Assembly: GCA_016748015.1 (NCBI GenBank)
Contig: JAAOMT010000283.1
Span: forward strand, 190,108-254,107
Direction of reading: 5' to 3'
Origin: Geosiphon pyriformis uo1
Lineage: Eukaryota; Fungi; Glomeromycota
DNA: 64,000 nt
Shown here: positions 35,401 through 49,500 of the stretch, piece by piece
Numbering within the stretch: position 1 is the stretch's first letter
Layout of the letters: every line of letters starts with the position of its first letter
Notes under the pieces: generated by a model
Databases searched by the model: none
Told to the model about the DNA's origin: nothing
Seen by the model: the letters and a program-made list of their open reading frames with translations, nothing else
Made by a program: the position numbers and the translations under genes

Positions 35401-35809
35401 AAAAAATTTAACATAAAATAAAATATTTTTACTAGTTATATAAAACTGTAATTGAAATTATATTATAAATTTATTATTGAAAACAATTTTTAAAATTAAG
35501 ATTTGGTTATTATTTTATAATTACAAAATATTTTTGGGTATAATATTGACTTTATATATTATTAAAAAACCATTATTTTTTTTGCTAAAAATGGAATTCG
35601 ACCATAAACTAATTTTGTATGTCATTATTATAAGTACATTTTTTAAATAATGATAATTATTATTATTTATTTAAATCTGAAAATCTAAAATATATATTTT
35701 TTATTTTTATTATTTTATTAAAACAATAAATTAATAATAAATTTGATAAAAAAAATAATAACCTTTATTATAATGTATTTTTCTTATTTTTTGTACAAAA
35801 TCTTAAAAG

Positions 35810-36557
35810 TGTTCTGCCACATGGCCCACAGGAGTACGAGCATAAAGACTGAGGGTTTACGAACTTACATGATGAAGGTGCTACACAGGGCTCTCCCATT
35901 AGCTGTTCGAAAAAAGACGTACGACAAGTCCTACTCGAGTGTGAAGTGTCTAAAATGTGGATTAGTTGAAGATTCTGATCATTCGTTCCTATAGTCTGAT
36001 GCTGACGCTAGAGCTGAGGTGGGGAGTGAAACTTGGGTTGTTTGAAGACCCGTGGTGGCAATGATTTAAGGAATATAATGCCTAGATACAAGGATAGGGA
36101 CGTCGACATTGACTCTGATATTTATATGACACTGGCCAAGAACGGTAAATTGGCGAGATTGAAAATTGCGGGTTTCGTCATCGAGCATTGTGATAGGGTT
36201 TGGATTCCTAGGCAACATGTGCTACATCTCTCAAACCCCTGAAACACAATTGGCCGAGCCTCACTCCACATCGAACAACTGCTACATCAAAACCCCAATC
36301 CAACACAAAAGCTGATTTCGGCAGAACCGTATCATCACCCACGGTATCTTTTTTGAATCAGCCTCCGATGTTACAGTTTCGGTTTTGCGAAGTCTGGGCG
36401 GCTTTGCTTCAGGTACGATTTTTAGGGTGGCTGGTTAATGTAGTCCGGGTAGCTAGTCACACGTAGACAACTCGTGAGCTGCTTCTCCTATGTAATATTT
36501 CTGTTGCGCATTCGTAGATAGTGATTGGATCACACTTAGTTGGCGCTTTTAAAAAAA
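35810..36557 (+). mobile_element. 5'-truncated LINE tail of a divergent subfamily
   Basis: GLRTYMMKVLHRALPLAVRKKTYDKSYSSVKCLKCGLVEDSDH matches the ORF2 C-terminus; 36439-36550 matches the shared 3' UTR and is followed by an A tract. Confidence 0.85.
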
Positions 36558-36741
36558 TAATAATAAATTAATATAAAATATATAAATTGTATCAATTTTT
36601 ATTAAAATACTTAATGGTTTGCATTAAACAGTATTTTCAAAAATCTACTGCATTTTTTAAAAAATACATAAAACAGCAAAAATATAACGTCTACTTATAA
36701 GTATTTAAACAGCTTTATTTTAAGAGGAAGGTATGTTTAAA

Positions 36742-37389
36742 TTAGCTTCCGGGACCTTCACCCCCAGGAATAAGCTAAAATACAAATAATTTTGATTAAA
36801 TCAACTTTTATAAGATAAATTTTGAAATATTAGAAATTAAACCTACCATTGTGATATTATTACCATTCAACAAAATCTGCTCAAGTTTTGTTGTTTTGCG
36901 GCCTTCAGGTGTGTTTTCACTTTGCGACAGTAAATTTAAAAGGTGAATGCAAACTTTTCAATGATCCTAAGCAAAACATCTTCAATGAACCATTTATATT
37001 CTTGAAATGATTACTTACAACTCAGTTACGTCTTCAAGAACCATATCTTTGAAAAATAAAACAGTAGCCAGGAAAAAAACTTTTATAATTGAAAAAAGGA
37101 ATGCTTGGAGGGGAGAGGAAGTTTTTTATAGTTGGTATTGATAGCCCTAGAAAATTAAAAGGATACTAACATAATCGTCAAAACCACGCAGAGTTCCTGT
37201 GAATTCCTTTTCGCTCTTCATAATAACCCAAATCTTGGAACCGATGCACTTATCGATCAGCTCTTAAATCATCAATTAAAAAAAGCAATTAAAGGGAAAA
37301 GCAAGGAATCATAGTGAGAAAAGAAAGGTGGTTTGAAGTGAAAGACGGAAAATGCACAGACCAAGTGGAAGGAGTTGGTTTGTGGTCAT
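36742..37389 (-). CDS. LSM5: U6 snRNA-associated Sm-like protein LSm5 (5 exons, 85 aa)
   Basis: Exons 37362-37389, 37167-37262, 37019-37046, 36847-36919 and 36742-36774 with GT-AG introns give [85 protein letters not shown]. Confidence 0.96.
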
Positions 37390-38315
37390 AGTTGAGGAAT
37401 TATTAGTCAAAATCATGAAGTAAAGTGAAGATAGGATGTTAATGAGACCAAATTTTATCCAAAATATAGTATGATGTGTTGAATTGTATATGAAAAGGAT
37501 TTTTTGAAATGGAAAAATAAAAATAAGAGTTGCAGAAAAAGAAAATAAAATTGTTATTAGCTTTTTATATTACTATACTATAGAACACTGAGAAAAACTT
37601 GTAAATTAATTATAAAAACTAATTAGTAAATAAGATTTTGTATAAATTATGATGAATTTTTCAATTTAAAAATTTCTTATTAAATTATAAAAAATTAAGT
37701 TTATAAATTAAATAATAAGATTATTTCTTAATTTATATATGTATTTACATACTTTAAATTAATATTTATTATAATATCTATTTTTATAGCAAAATTTTAA
37801 GCTTTATTTAAGTTTAATTTAAATATAAATATTAATTAAACAATTTTTTAGAATTTTAAAGAAATAATTTTTTTTAAAACTATCTATTTAATAAAATAAC
37901 TTTATAATAACTTTTAATTTATTTTAAAAATCTTTGCCAATAATTATTAAAAAATTAATATTTAATATAAAAAATTATATATATATATTTTTTTTTGATT
38001 AAAACCAAAATAAAAGAACTTAAATTTTTAAATATAAAAAAAAAACATGAAAATTTTATTATTACTTAAAATATTAAAATCAAACTGTTTTACAAATTTT
38101 TTTAAAATAAAAACTGAATATATGTTTTTTAAAAAGTTATGTTATTTATTATTTTAAAAATTTTTACATTTTTATTTTATTTTATTTTTTTTTTTATGTT
38201 TAACGAATAAGATCCAAATGCGACCTAGGATTATACATCATATAAATAATCTAAACTAGGAGCAAATCATGCTTTTTCTATATATGACCAGCCATTCGGA
38301 CCAATCAGAACAACA

Positions 38316-41300
38316 CTATGCACCTATTCTAACAGAGACAAAATCTCCTATACCTGAGAAAAACAAGCAAGGTTTATAAAAACCAAAACCAATACCAAAT
38401 GCTTTAACAACATCCAACAATCTGGTTACACTAGCCGAAAGCACCATAAGTAAACCAGAAACCAGGACAGAAATGAAACCATCACGAGGAATAAGATTAT
38501 TCCTTTCCATAAAAGCTCAGTGTTTGGCACAGACCAGCCAAAACTTATCGCAAAATATGGAGCAAAACTTGTGCACAAAACACACAATATTCGAAGCTGC
38601 AACCTTAGCATCCTTAAAGACCAAAAGAGATTCATGATACCAATTGTTGAAAACAAAACCCTTACACAAAGTAGTACTAAAAGTATTATCAGAAGAACAA
38701 GAGAACAACAACTGCGAGACACATGAAGTAGAGCAAGAAAGACCAGACCACATTTCTCAAAGAGACACATGAGCATCCAACAACTGAGCATGGCCAGCAG
38801 CATCAAAAGGACAAACGAAAACATGGTTTAAGAATTCCACATCACCACAGAACAAACACACCACACTGGAGTAGCACCTATTATACAAACACTTATGCAC
38901 AGCGACAGGAAGCCAATGATGAAAAGATTTCATAAAGTATGTTTGAAGGCCAGAAGTACATGCACTGGTAAAACCAGCAGCCAAGTGAGAATTAGGATGC
39001 CAAACCAAAGAAGACTTAGACCAGTTAACACCATTGTGCAAACTGGTTGCCAAGATTCAGAAACCAGAACCAACCTCTCAATGCACACAAAGAATAAACC
39101 AAAACACATTATGAACAAAGTGCCTAGAATTTCCAGAAACCACACTGCCCCCAGTCTTCAAAAAACGTTTACTAACTGAATGGGACAAATGCCAAGTAGA
39201 GAGTGCTGCATCCTTAGCAAGCTCATCCACATGCTCATTGCCCAAAATACCCAAATGACTCTTAACTTTAATCTAATTCACAGTTAAATTTTTATAATGA
39301 ACTACATTAGCAATATGGTGATGCTTTATCTAACAATGATTCCTAAAGTCTGGATGAGCCAATAATGATTCTGACTTGTATGCATCCAAAGCAACTTGGC
39401 TATCTGAAAACAAATCAACTGCATGAGAAGAAAGAACATACTTAAGAGCCAAAGCAATGACCTGCAATTCAGACATAGTAGAAGAGACCAAACCAGACAC
39501 CCCTACACCCAAACCAGAATTAATGTCCTCAAAAAAGACTGCAGCCCCAGTTTTTATGGCAACAGTTCCCAAACCACTCAGAGACGTATCTGTATACACA
39601 GAAAGGTGGGCAGTGTCAGTAGCCAACAGATCATTACAGATAACACCAAAATTATGAGATTGATGAACATCAGACAGAGTGGAATTCCTCACAAGAGAGG
39701 AGCACGCAAGAAAAAAAGCAACACCACCAAGAAAACATACAGAAAGATCAAATCAGAAAGGAATCAGGCCATGGAGGTCCAACCTCTTCCAATGCTTGAA
39801 TGTCCACCAACTGAAAAAAACACCATTTCGATTATGTAATTGTTCTACAAAAGTGATACCATATCGCTTGAGTGAAGAGACACATTTTAGAAAATTGATT
39901 TCACCAAGAACAAGAGACATAAGAGTACCACTCTGATGACAGAAAGCACAGGCCAGAGACCCACCCAGAGATAGATCACATCTGGAGAAAATATGAACCA
40001 CATCTGCTAAGAAATTATTTGAAAAACTAACACTAACATAAGCTAGAAACAGCAAGGGGTGATGAGAATGCCAGCTGAGAACCTGGAGATCATAAGACCT
40101 GTGAGAAAATAAGCAGCCCAAAACACCAACTGAATTTGCAAAAGCAATGATGGAGGCCAATTTGCTTTCTGCCTAAATCTGTTCAAAAGTCTTCAAATTA
40201 TACAAAGAAGAATGATGAAGTGCATCATTGGGGAAATCAAGTGGCAGCCCAGACTTAGACTTCAAGCTTTTGCAAATCAGAGCATCTCATTTATTACACA
40301 CACTAATAGGAACAAAACTGAACTGAGTCCTGTAACTGATGATAGGGAACAGAACAGCAGAAACCAAATAACTAAATTGTTTATCCGAGATGGCTTTTTT
40401 CAGAACAAAATTGACAAAAAATTGGATGTCTAAGTGAGTCTTGGCCAAGCTGGACACCAAAAAACCATTAGAAGACAAAAAAATACCAAGATAATGATGA
40501 GGTTTACCCTTTTTGGCTATAGAAATAGACGAGCCACTAACAGTTAGGTAAGGGGTTTCAACCTGGCAGTTGATGGGAATAGCCATGGTTTTGTTATTGT
40601 TAATCGAAATGTTATTAATCTTAAAGAACTCACTAGCAACGTCTAAAATGTGTTGCGTAGTGGCCTGGCTGCTACCAACCCAGATGGTATTATCAACAAA
40701 AGCACCAGCCACAAAAAATGATGTCAATCCAGCCTGAGATTCCATATGGCCAGTATTGGAAACGAAATGCGAATTCAATCTGTAACCACATATCTCCCCT
40801 TGCCTCTTGACCTCACACATAAGCGAATCATAAAATATGTGCCAGAGAAGTGGTAAGAAAACTTCACCTTGATCCAAACTATCATGAATTACATACCCAC
40901 TAGTTAAGCCAAAATCTGTTATTATCCTGTTCCTGCGATTATTGTGAATGCTACCAAAAAATCTAATAAACCTGTTACACATTTTAATCCTGATCAAACT
41001 CCTCTCAAGATGTTCCTAATCAACCAAATCATATGCTTTGCACATGTTCTGTAAAACCAGCCACAGCTCTCTGTTTTTCTCTAAGACATCCTCGACCACA
41101 GAACCAATAGCAAAAATGGGTGACTGTGTAGTCATACCCTTTAAAACAGAAAAATTGTCCCTTTGTAAAATGTCAAACTCACTGCAAGTCAAAAATATTC
41201 TGTCTGATAAGATTTTGAAAAGGATTTTGCAGGCTGTTTTGATTAAAGCAATAGGGTGGGTGTTCATGAGAACACCTTTCTATTTATAAGGTTTAGAAAT

Positions 41301-43004
41301 CATCGAAATCCAGGCTTCTTTCCAAGGTTCAGACACCAATTCACAAACCAGACAGAGATTCAAAAGCACCAAAAGCATATTCAGAACCACTTTATCACAA
41401 TGCTTCCACAATTCATTAGAGATGCCAGAAAAACCAGCTGCTTTTCCATCGGACAAGCTCAAAATGACACTAAACATCTCATTAAAACTAATCGAGTTCA
41501 TGACACCAGAGAAAGCACCATCAAAAACATAGTCCAAAGGCCGAAATTGGCATTTCCAATTATCAGAGAAGTTTGAAACCACCAACTGTCTCTTAGTTCA
41601 TCCCTCCATAATTCCGTCTACTTTAGATTTAACCAGTTCAGGTTCCAAAACCAACTCATCATTCACTACCAAATAATCTAACACTATCTTGTGAAATGGA
41701 CACTCCAAAACACTTCTGATAGTATGACTCTTATCCAACTCAAAACTTTCCATCCTACTCTCAATGGCTTGTCTTATACAAGATTCCTCAGCACGCTTAG
41801 ATTCTAGCATCTTGGAAGAGCAGTAAGACTTCTTTGCCTTAGCCAGCTCAGAGCGAATACCATCAAAACCAGACCTCAAAAGGAAAAAAAACTTCACTGA
41901 TGAAGTGCCAACAGAGTTAAGCCTGTCCCATGTATCCAACAACAGAGCAAAATCACCCCCAGAAATCAAACAAAAAGCCTTTACCAGCTTAGAAACCAGC
42001 AACTCCAGCTTATGAAACCTAAAAAACACCTTATTGAAAACACTATCAAAACCTTTGAACCACTTTTTCTTGAAAGTTCTATCTGCTGAAAAAATCATAA
42101 TTTTGCAAATAATGTCTCACATTGCATCCAAATCTGAAAATTCTCCAGCCACAACAAACGCATCCAAGAACATAAAGGCATTGGCAGCTGTACCATCCTT
42201 AAACTCAGCCCACTTCAACTCATTCGCATTCTTGACATCAAACTTCTAGCAATCTTTGTTGGCCTGCTTACATATCAAAGAAAGTCTTGTGTCCAACAAA
42301 CCACCCAGACCCACAAAAACAAAAACAGCCTTATAATTAGTGTCAAAAAAATCATCAACATTTAACATGCCATGATTCATGATCACATTAACCAAGTTAA
42401 AAGAAAGAAACACATAATCAATAGTCTTAGCAATATCACGAGAATTGCACCAAGTTGGTAACTTAGCAAGAGAACTCCCATTCAAAGAGTTGACCAAACT
42501 CAAATCAAAGCACTTCTTGAAACTGGCGCACTTGTGAGATCCATCTTTATTGAAGTCACTACCAAGAATAATGAAGGAGGATTTATTTACAGTTTTAGTA
42601 ATAAGAGATTTGATTTCATTAGCCTGAGAAAAACGAACTGTCAAAGAAGCACCAGCATACAGCCCCAAAATGGAAACAGAGAGTTTGTTCCTGAAAAGCA
42701 ATTTTATTAACAGGAGCCAACCGGACACTTCTAGAATCTTACATACATGTTTTGCCAGAGATAAATCCATAATAATTGCAACACCAAATCTCATGTGACC
42801 AGAATCCAGACCTGAAATAAAAACATGAACACCAGTAAACCTATCCACAATCCAGAAGTGGATCTTTTCTTTCAATTTTGTTTCAGTAACAACAGAAATC
42901 AGATTGTTCATATCATTATGCCAATGTACAATGTCTGCCTGTTTCACACAATTGTTCATTTCTCTAATATTACACATAGCAATCTTCTAAGTAAATTCAC
43001 TCAT
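38316..43004 (-). pseudogene. LINE copy 2 ORF2 (APE-RT-RNase H-Cys domain), internal stops
   Basis: MSEFT*KIAMCNIR, GSDFN, IDYVF, AFVDN, YLGI, YTDTSL, SELQV, DSQVA, CLFC...H...C. Confidence 0.92.
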
Positions 43005-44870
43005 TGGGAAGGAAGTTGTGGAAGTGTATCAGCAACCAGAGCCAAACCATCAAAGTAAGCAGACAAACTCAGCACCGAAGCAGCAAGGCCTTCCAACATA
43101 TTTTCCAACTTGACAACATGGGGGAACACAGAAGAGTCCTTCGCAATATAAGTAGCAGCAGCAGTCTCATCACAAGTAGACTCATCTGAACCCACTCCCA
43201 TCACTATATCTTTCCCTTGATTCTGTAATGGAAGGAGTCACTAGCAGCTGACATCCAAAGCTAGACTGGGAAACTGCCAGCATGAGTGACTCCAACCTCT
43301 TAGCCAACTCACCAATTTGTCCCACAAGGCTAATGAGACCACTCTCAATATTCACCAAATGCTTTTCCAAATCATCCACAACAGAAGGAAGAGGTTTACT
43401 AACATTGTCAGAACCAAGAAGCAAACCAGCACCATGAGAACTGCACACTGAAGGAGCACCAACAACTGATGCCCAAGTCTTATCACTGAAGGCCAATAAA
43501 CAAGAAATGGGCGCAGACTTTCAAGCATAGATATTTGCCAATTTGACCTGATTCTGAGCAGAAAAAAGTGCTTTTCTGCTCCTCAGAGTTGAACCAATCT
43601 TAACTGAAACACAATTGAAAGATGTATGACCAGGAAGACCACAGACCGAGCACAGTGCCAAAAAGAGGTAAGACCAGCGAAAGCCAATCCCTTTTATAAC
43701 TGGGGTTGCAGCCATCACACTAACCAGATCAGATTCAGACCCAAAGCAAACAATAGCACAGTGAGCATGGGCATAGCTAACAGGATTACAATCAATAACA
43801 TATGTTTCCCCACCAACCAAACCAACAAAATCCCAAAGATCATAAGCATTTATCCTAACAGGAAAAGTGTATAACAGCACTCTGAATTCATTCCTAGAAT
43901 CTCATGTCTGTTTGTCAACATCGGTCCTGGTTACACGTACTGCATCCTTTCCAATGAGGATAGATCATTTGGATGCCAAGAAATCAGCCTAATTCTGATC
44001 TTTTAATTCAACAATTGCTTTTTGCCACAGACCCACCAGTTGCATCTTAATCGACTTAATCAATCCAAACTTGGACACAGCAGTGCGCACAGCCTCCATG
44101 GAAGTTCCCACAAGAATTTTTTTCATCACAATTGCCCGATTCGTATGGTTATTTACAGGGTGCTTAAGATTGGTGTTTACCACAACACCACGATCATTTG
44201 CCAACTTCCCAGCAGTCATCATTGTTTTTTCTGAAGTAAAAGTGGCATGAATAATTCCACCAAATTTTGAGGAAGTAGAAGCCCCCCAAAATCATTCACA
44301 CTTGAAAAGATTTTCCTAATAAAACTCAATTTTTCCTGAGAGAACTTCTCAGCAATGGCCACAAGATCAATATCTAAAGCAAAGAATTTGTGAACAGGCA
44401 CTTGAACAGTCAGTTTGATAGATAGAGAGGGTGAAAAAAGAAAGGAATCATCTAACACATTATCATTTATATTGACAGTACCATAATCAATCACACTCAG
44501 AGGCTTCCCTAACATCTTTTTGGTTTTTATATGCAAACCTTTTGGTGTTTGATTAGGATCTTCTTCTGTGAAAGCACCACTCTCACCATAGTCAACACTG
44601 GTTTCTTTAACCAAACACTCCTCCTTCATGTCAATACTCTCAGATTTAGTAGTGTTACCTGTCTCAGAACCCCATGAACGAGCACTAAAAGCTTCAGCAG
44701 CAATCTCTTTATTATCAATACTCTCTGCCAATACACCTTCCTTCCTTTTTTTCCTCAATGCAACCACCTTGAAACCATTCTCAAAACCAGAAACTTTAAT
44801 AGTCTTCTTTATAACAGCAATAACAGGACCAATAGTGGCCTCGTAATCAAAGAACAGTTTTGATTTATTA
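43001..44870 (-). pseudogene. LINE copy 2 ORF1, frameshifted
   Basis: KFFALDIDLVA, QLVGLWQKAIVE, CSVCGLPGHTSFNC knuckle; ends LPSQ*. The 5' boundary is approximate. Confidence 0.85.
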
Positions 44871-46536
44871 TACTGAATGGTAAAAAACTTCTTTCAAAAA
44901 AACTCTTGACTCTTTTTTGGAAATTTTGGACAAAGGAGAGAAAGAAGTTTTTTTTATACATTTTTATTAATAATAAAACTAATTTCTTTTATATAAATAT
45001 TTTTTATGTTTTTAATATTTAACTTTTTATAATATTACTATTAAAACTGTTAATTTTATTATTTTAAAACACAGATTTAAAATTTTTATCAATCTTTATT
45101 ATTTTTATATTTAAAAATTAACCAAAAAATTTACAATCAATATTTTAACCACCAAATTTTTTATTTGTTTTATTAAAAATATATATAAAAATATTTTTTT
45201 TGGTATTTAAGCAAGTTTTTATATTATTATATTTTAATTTTACCAAAAATGTACTAAAAAAAATAGTTTATAAAAAAAACAGAAAAAAAAAACAGAAAAA
45301 AAAATATTTTTTAGTTTTATATAATTAATTATAATAATAATAATTTATTTTTTTTTGCTAATTTTTATTTAAATAATAATTTTAAATTGACTTAATTAAT
45401 TTTATATGTTTAATTATTGTTTTTTGTTATAATTTAAATTAATTGTATTTTAATTCTATTAAAAATTATTGTAATAACCAAAAAAAAAGCAAAATTAAGG
45501 TGTTTTCTATATTAATTTTTGTATTAAATTTTTATTTGTTTTAAGTTATATTATTTTAATATTTTTAATAAAATTTTATTTTATTTAATTATAAAATTAT
45601 AAATTATTTTTGTTTTGTTTGTTTTATTACTTTTAAATTATTGGTTTTTGTAATATTATTAATATTTATCATATTTTTGTTTTTGATTATTACATTTTTG
45701 TAACTATTTTTAAGATCAAATTTTATTTAACAAAGCAAATAATTTTTTTACTTTTTTTGGCCAGTTTAAAATTAATTATTTAGAATTTTAATAATTTTTA
45801 ATTTATACTTAGATAAAAATATTTATTATTATGTTCTAAATAATTATAGTTTAAATAATTGTAAAGTTATTTTTTAAAAAAAAACATTGCATTAAAATGT
45901 GTATTGATTTATTTAAATATTTTTAAGAAAAAACTTTACAAAAAAAAACTTAAAAAAATACAATATATATTCAGTTTCAATTTTTTTATAATTATAATAT
46001 TAAGCCTTGATTTTAAATATTAAAAAATAATAAGTCGATTAAAATAAATGCTGAAAATACGAAATATGAATCAAGTTTTTTTTTGACAGCTAATAACTTC
46101 ATAATATAAAAATAATAATAAATAATAATAATAATAATATAACATTATATAATTATATTGATAATTGGTATTTTATAAGGTTTGATTAATAATATCTATA
46201 TTTGATCTTTGAATTTACAAATATTTCTTTGTTTTTTTGAATGAAGCATAAACATTAAAAAAAATATTTTTCATAATATGTAAACAGAAAAAAATTGGAT
46301 GCTCGAAAAAATATTTAAACAAATTCAGTTGTTCTACAAATTGTACGAATTTTTAAACGTCCATCCAGTAAGGTCAAGGCTAGTGTCACGTGAAAACGAA
46401 CAAGTGCTACGAATATTTTTGCCTAAACTTATGACTCTTTATGTGAGTCATTAACCAGATCACAGGACAATATTTTTTCAAAAAGTCTTGAAAAGTTGAT
46501 AGTAGTGATTTTACTTTTGTTGAGGTGACTTCTATC

Positions 46537-49500
46537 ATGTTGTCGATGCTTCGATGTTCTAAGCCAAAAATTCGAAATTCAAAACCTTTTCAATGTAGTG
46601 GAGATGCGAGATTTTGTTCAAATTCTTTAACGCAACCTTTCGAACTTTTGGCTGTTAATAGAAAAAAACCTTCCCAATCAAGAATTAACTTCCCATCGAA
46701 AGGCAGTTCAGTGTTGGACCCTTTACTCCAACAAGATTTTTCCTCTTCTATGCGTCATCAATCTACTACTACTGCAGAACCAGCTGTATCTTCAATTCCT
46801 ATTTCACCGGTGCTTGGTGCCAGTCATATAAAACTATACAATGCTTTCGACACAAATGACTCTTCCTTGATTATTCTTCCGGAGCCTTCTGTTGTCCAAA
46901 AAGAAGCAGGGACACTAATTCCTGTGGCTTTCAATGAAAGACTCGCAATATTATATGCTTGTCTTCAGTCTGGTTATCTTGAGCGTGCTACACGTGTTTT
47001 CCAAGAGTTGTGGAGTTCAAGTACTTCAGAGATGAAAAATTATTTGGATATCAACATACACAATGCGTTTCTTACTGCAATTACCCAATTTGAACCTGAA
47101 AACCTCAAAAAAGCATATGATTGGCTTGATCTCATGAAAAAAAAATATGGAATCATTCCTGATCTCGGCTCATATGTATCTCTGATCAAGGGATCTTTAA
47201 GGTAAACGAGATATCATCATAAATGATTAATACTAGAAAACCTTCAACTTGACTTCTATTCAATAAAATATTCTCTTTTTTAAAGAAATTCCGAGAAACG
47301 AAGCGATGTTATATTCTTTTATGTTGAAGATATGCTGCGAAACAATATAGCTACCCTTGATAAACTTTTAACGAATTCTTACTTCAGTGACGAAGAAGTA
47401 AATGCTCTAACAGAGGTAATTCAGTTGGATATTTTAGAGAAAAATCACAAAATATTACATTATATCATTAATTTTTGTAATGGATATATAGGAAATAGAA
47501 AAAAGTAATTTTGCTGCAAAAGATTGGAAAGATCTCGTAAAAGAAATGAAACGTAAACTTCTACTTCCCGAACCAGTTGATGTCGATGTATGTTATACCG
47601 AGCTCTTTTGTCAATTACATAAATCCTATAAAGAGGTTTATAAATTAATAAAGCTATGGATCTTATTAGGCTCGTGGCGTTAAGCTGATGAAGGAGGCCT
47701 TATCAGCTGCTAAAGGTTCTTATGGTGAATTGATGACCCGGCAGATGAAACTCGAAGAAAACGCTTATAAAGCTGCCATGGAAAGATGGAAAAACGAAGA
47801 CGATCTCCCTAAAACAAAACTTCCGTATTCAATCAGGAAACTTATGTGGGATTGGCACCAGAAATTAGTTCCTCTGATCGAAGAAGAACTGAAGAAAATT
47901 AAGGGTGCCGGGAAAAGAAGTATGTTTTGTTGTTTCATTTATTAAATTTTTTGTTTCTCTGAACATTTCTTGATTTTTTTATTCATTTAAGTGGCCAAGT
48001 CAGTACCATCATTTGATGAAAACATAAATACATCAGGTAATAATTCATTCTAATTTATTATTTGTAATCTTCCAGCAAAAAACTGGACTAACTAGTCTTC
48101 TGCGCTTAAGAACGGAATGAACACGATCGGCAATCTTATGGGCTATTTCTTCAACTGCTTAAAGCTGATAAACTTTCTGCGATTACGATCTTGGAGATAT
48201 TACGTCTGCAGGGCACTAGTGGAATTATTGAAGGAATGAAATCTGCAACAGCTTTGATAGCTATCGGACAAGCAGTGGAAAATGAATACAACGCGGAACA
48301 AATGAAAAAAAGAATAAATAGGAATATGGTATGCTTCAATTTTCGGTATAAGGCCTAAATAAATTCCATCTTTCCACAACTAATATAATTTTCATAATAG
48401 ATAGGCCGAAATATAAATTTACAAGAATTATATTCAAGTGGTAAACTTTTTCAAATGGCAATTCGTCGAGCACAGGCAAAATTAGAACATGAGGCAGCAG
48501 CTACTCAATGGAATCCAAAATGGTCCACCTCAGTTAAAGCTAAAGTATGACTTGATGTATTGGTTGTTAAAATCCTTCTTGAAACATTTGCTTACCAAAA
48601 AGAAAATCTTCATAGGCTAACATGGAATGAATCAAATCCCTTTGTTTTTAGATTGGCTCCGTATTAACATCCTTGCTTATAAATTGCGCCAAGGTTACTA
48701 CGGAGTTCATTGGAATGAACGAATTGCCTATGTAACTAATTTATCTCTGTTTCTACTTTTGAATTTTTTTTCCCGACAATAAACTTGTTAAATTCTGTAT
48801 TTATTTCATTTTAGGGAACAAGAAGTACCTGCCTTTTATCATACCTATCAGTATATAAGAGGCAAGCAAATTGGTGTTATTAAACTATACCCTGCTTTGG
48901 TCGAATCCCTCTCTCGTGAAGGGATGTGCGACACCATCCATCCTCGAATGTTGCCAATGCTGGTTCCTCCAAAACCATGGCTAACATATAAAAGTGGTGG
49001 CTATTATACGACTGAAAGTAGGTTTATCATGGAATAATTATTTATATCCGTTTTGTTTTATCTAATAAATTTCTTCAAATTGTCAGCTCTTGCGATGAGA
49101 ATCAAAGGTTGTCCGGAGCAACGTGAATACTTGAAAAAAGCCTCGGAAAACGAATATTTGACTCAAGTATTTACCGGATTAGATGTCCTCGGTTCTACAG
49201 AATGGTCTGTAAATAAAGCGATCTACAAACTAGTTCTCGAGATATGGAATAGTGGCGAACCTCTTGCAGGCATTCCTCCAGCAACGGTGGAAATTCCACA
49301 GCCCCCACAACCTAAGGATTTTAAAACAAACGCCAAAGCGAGAATGGAGTGGTTAGTTGCATGTCAGGCCGCTCGGCAAAAGGTACTCAATAATCATTCT
49401 GAACGCTGCGCCGTAAATTACAAAGTCCAAATTGCTGGAGCTGTAAGTATCAAAAGGTTTCAACTGGGTTAATGCGGGGTACTGTCATTGTTCTTGTTCG

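Larger units (their letters stand above)
38180..44953 (-). mobile_element. Full-length degenerate LINE copy 2
   Basis: Same 5' hairpin, ORF1, ORF2, 3' UTR and poly(A) as copies 1 and 3, on the minus strand. Confidence 0.95.

Noticed and set aside
46385-46393. CACGTG E-box upstream of RPO41
   Set aside because: A single hexamer with no supporting evidence.
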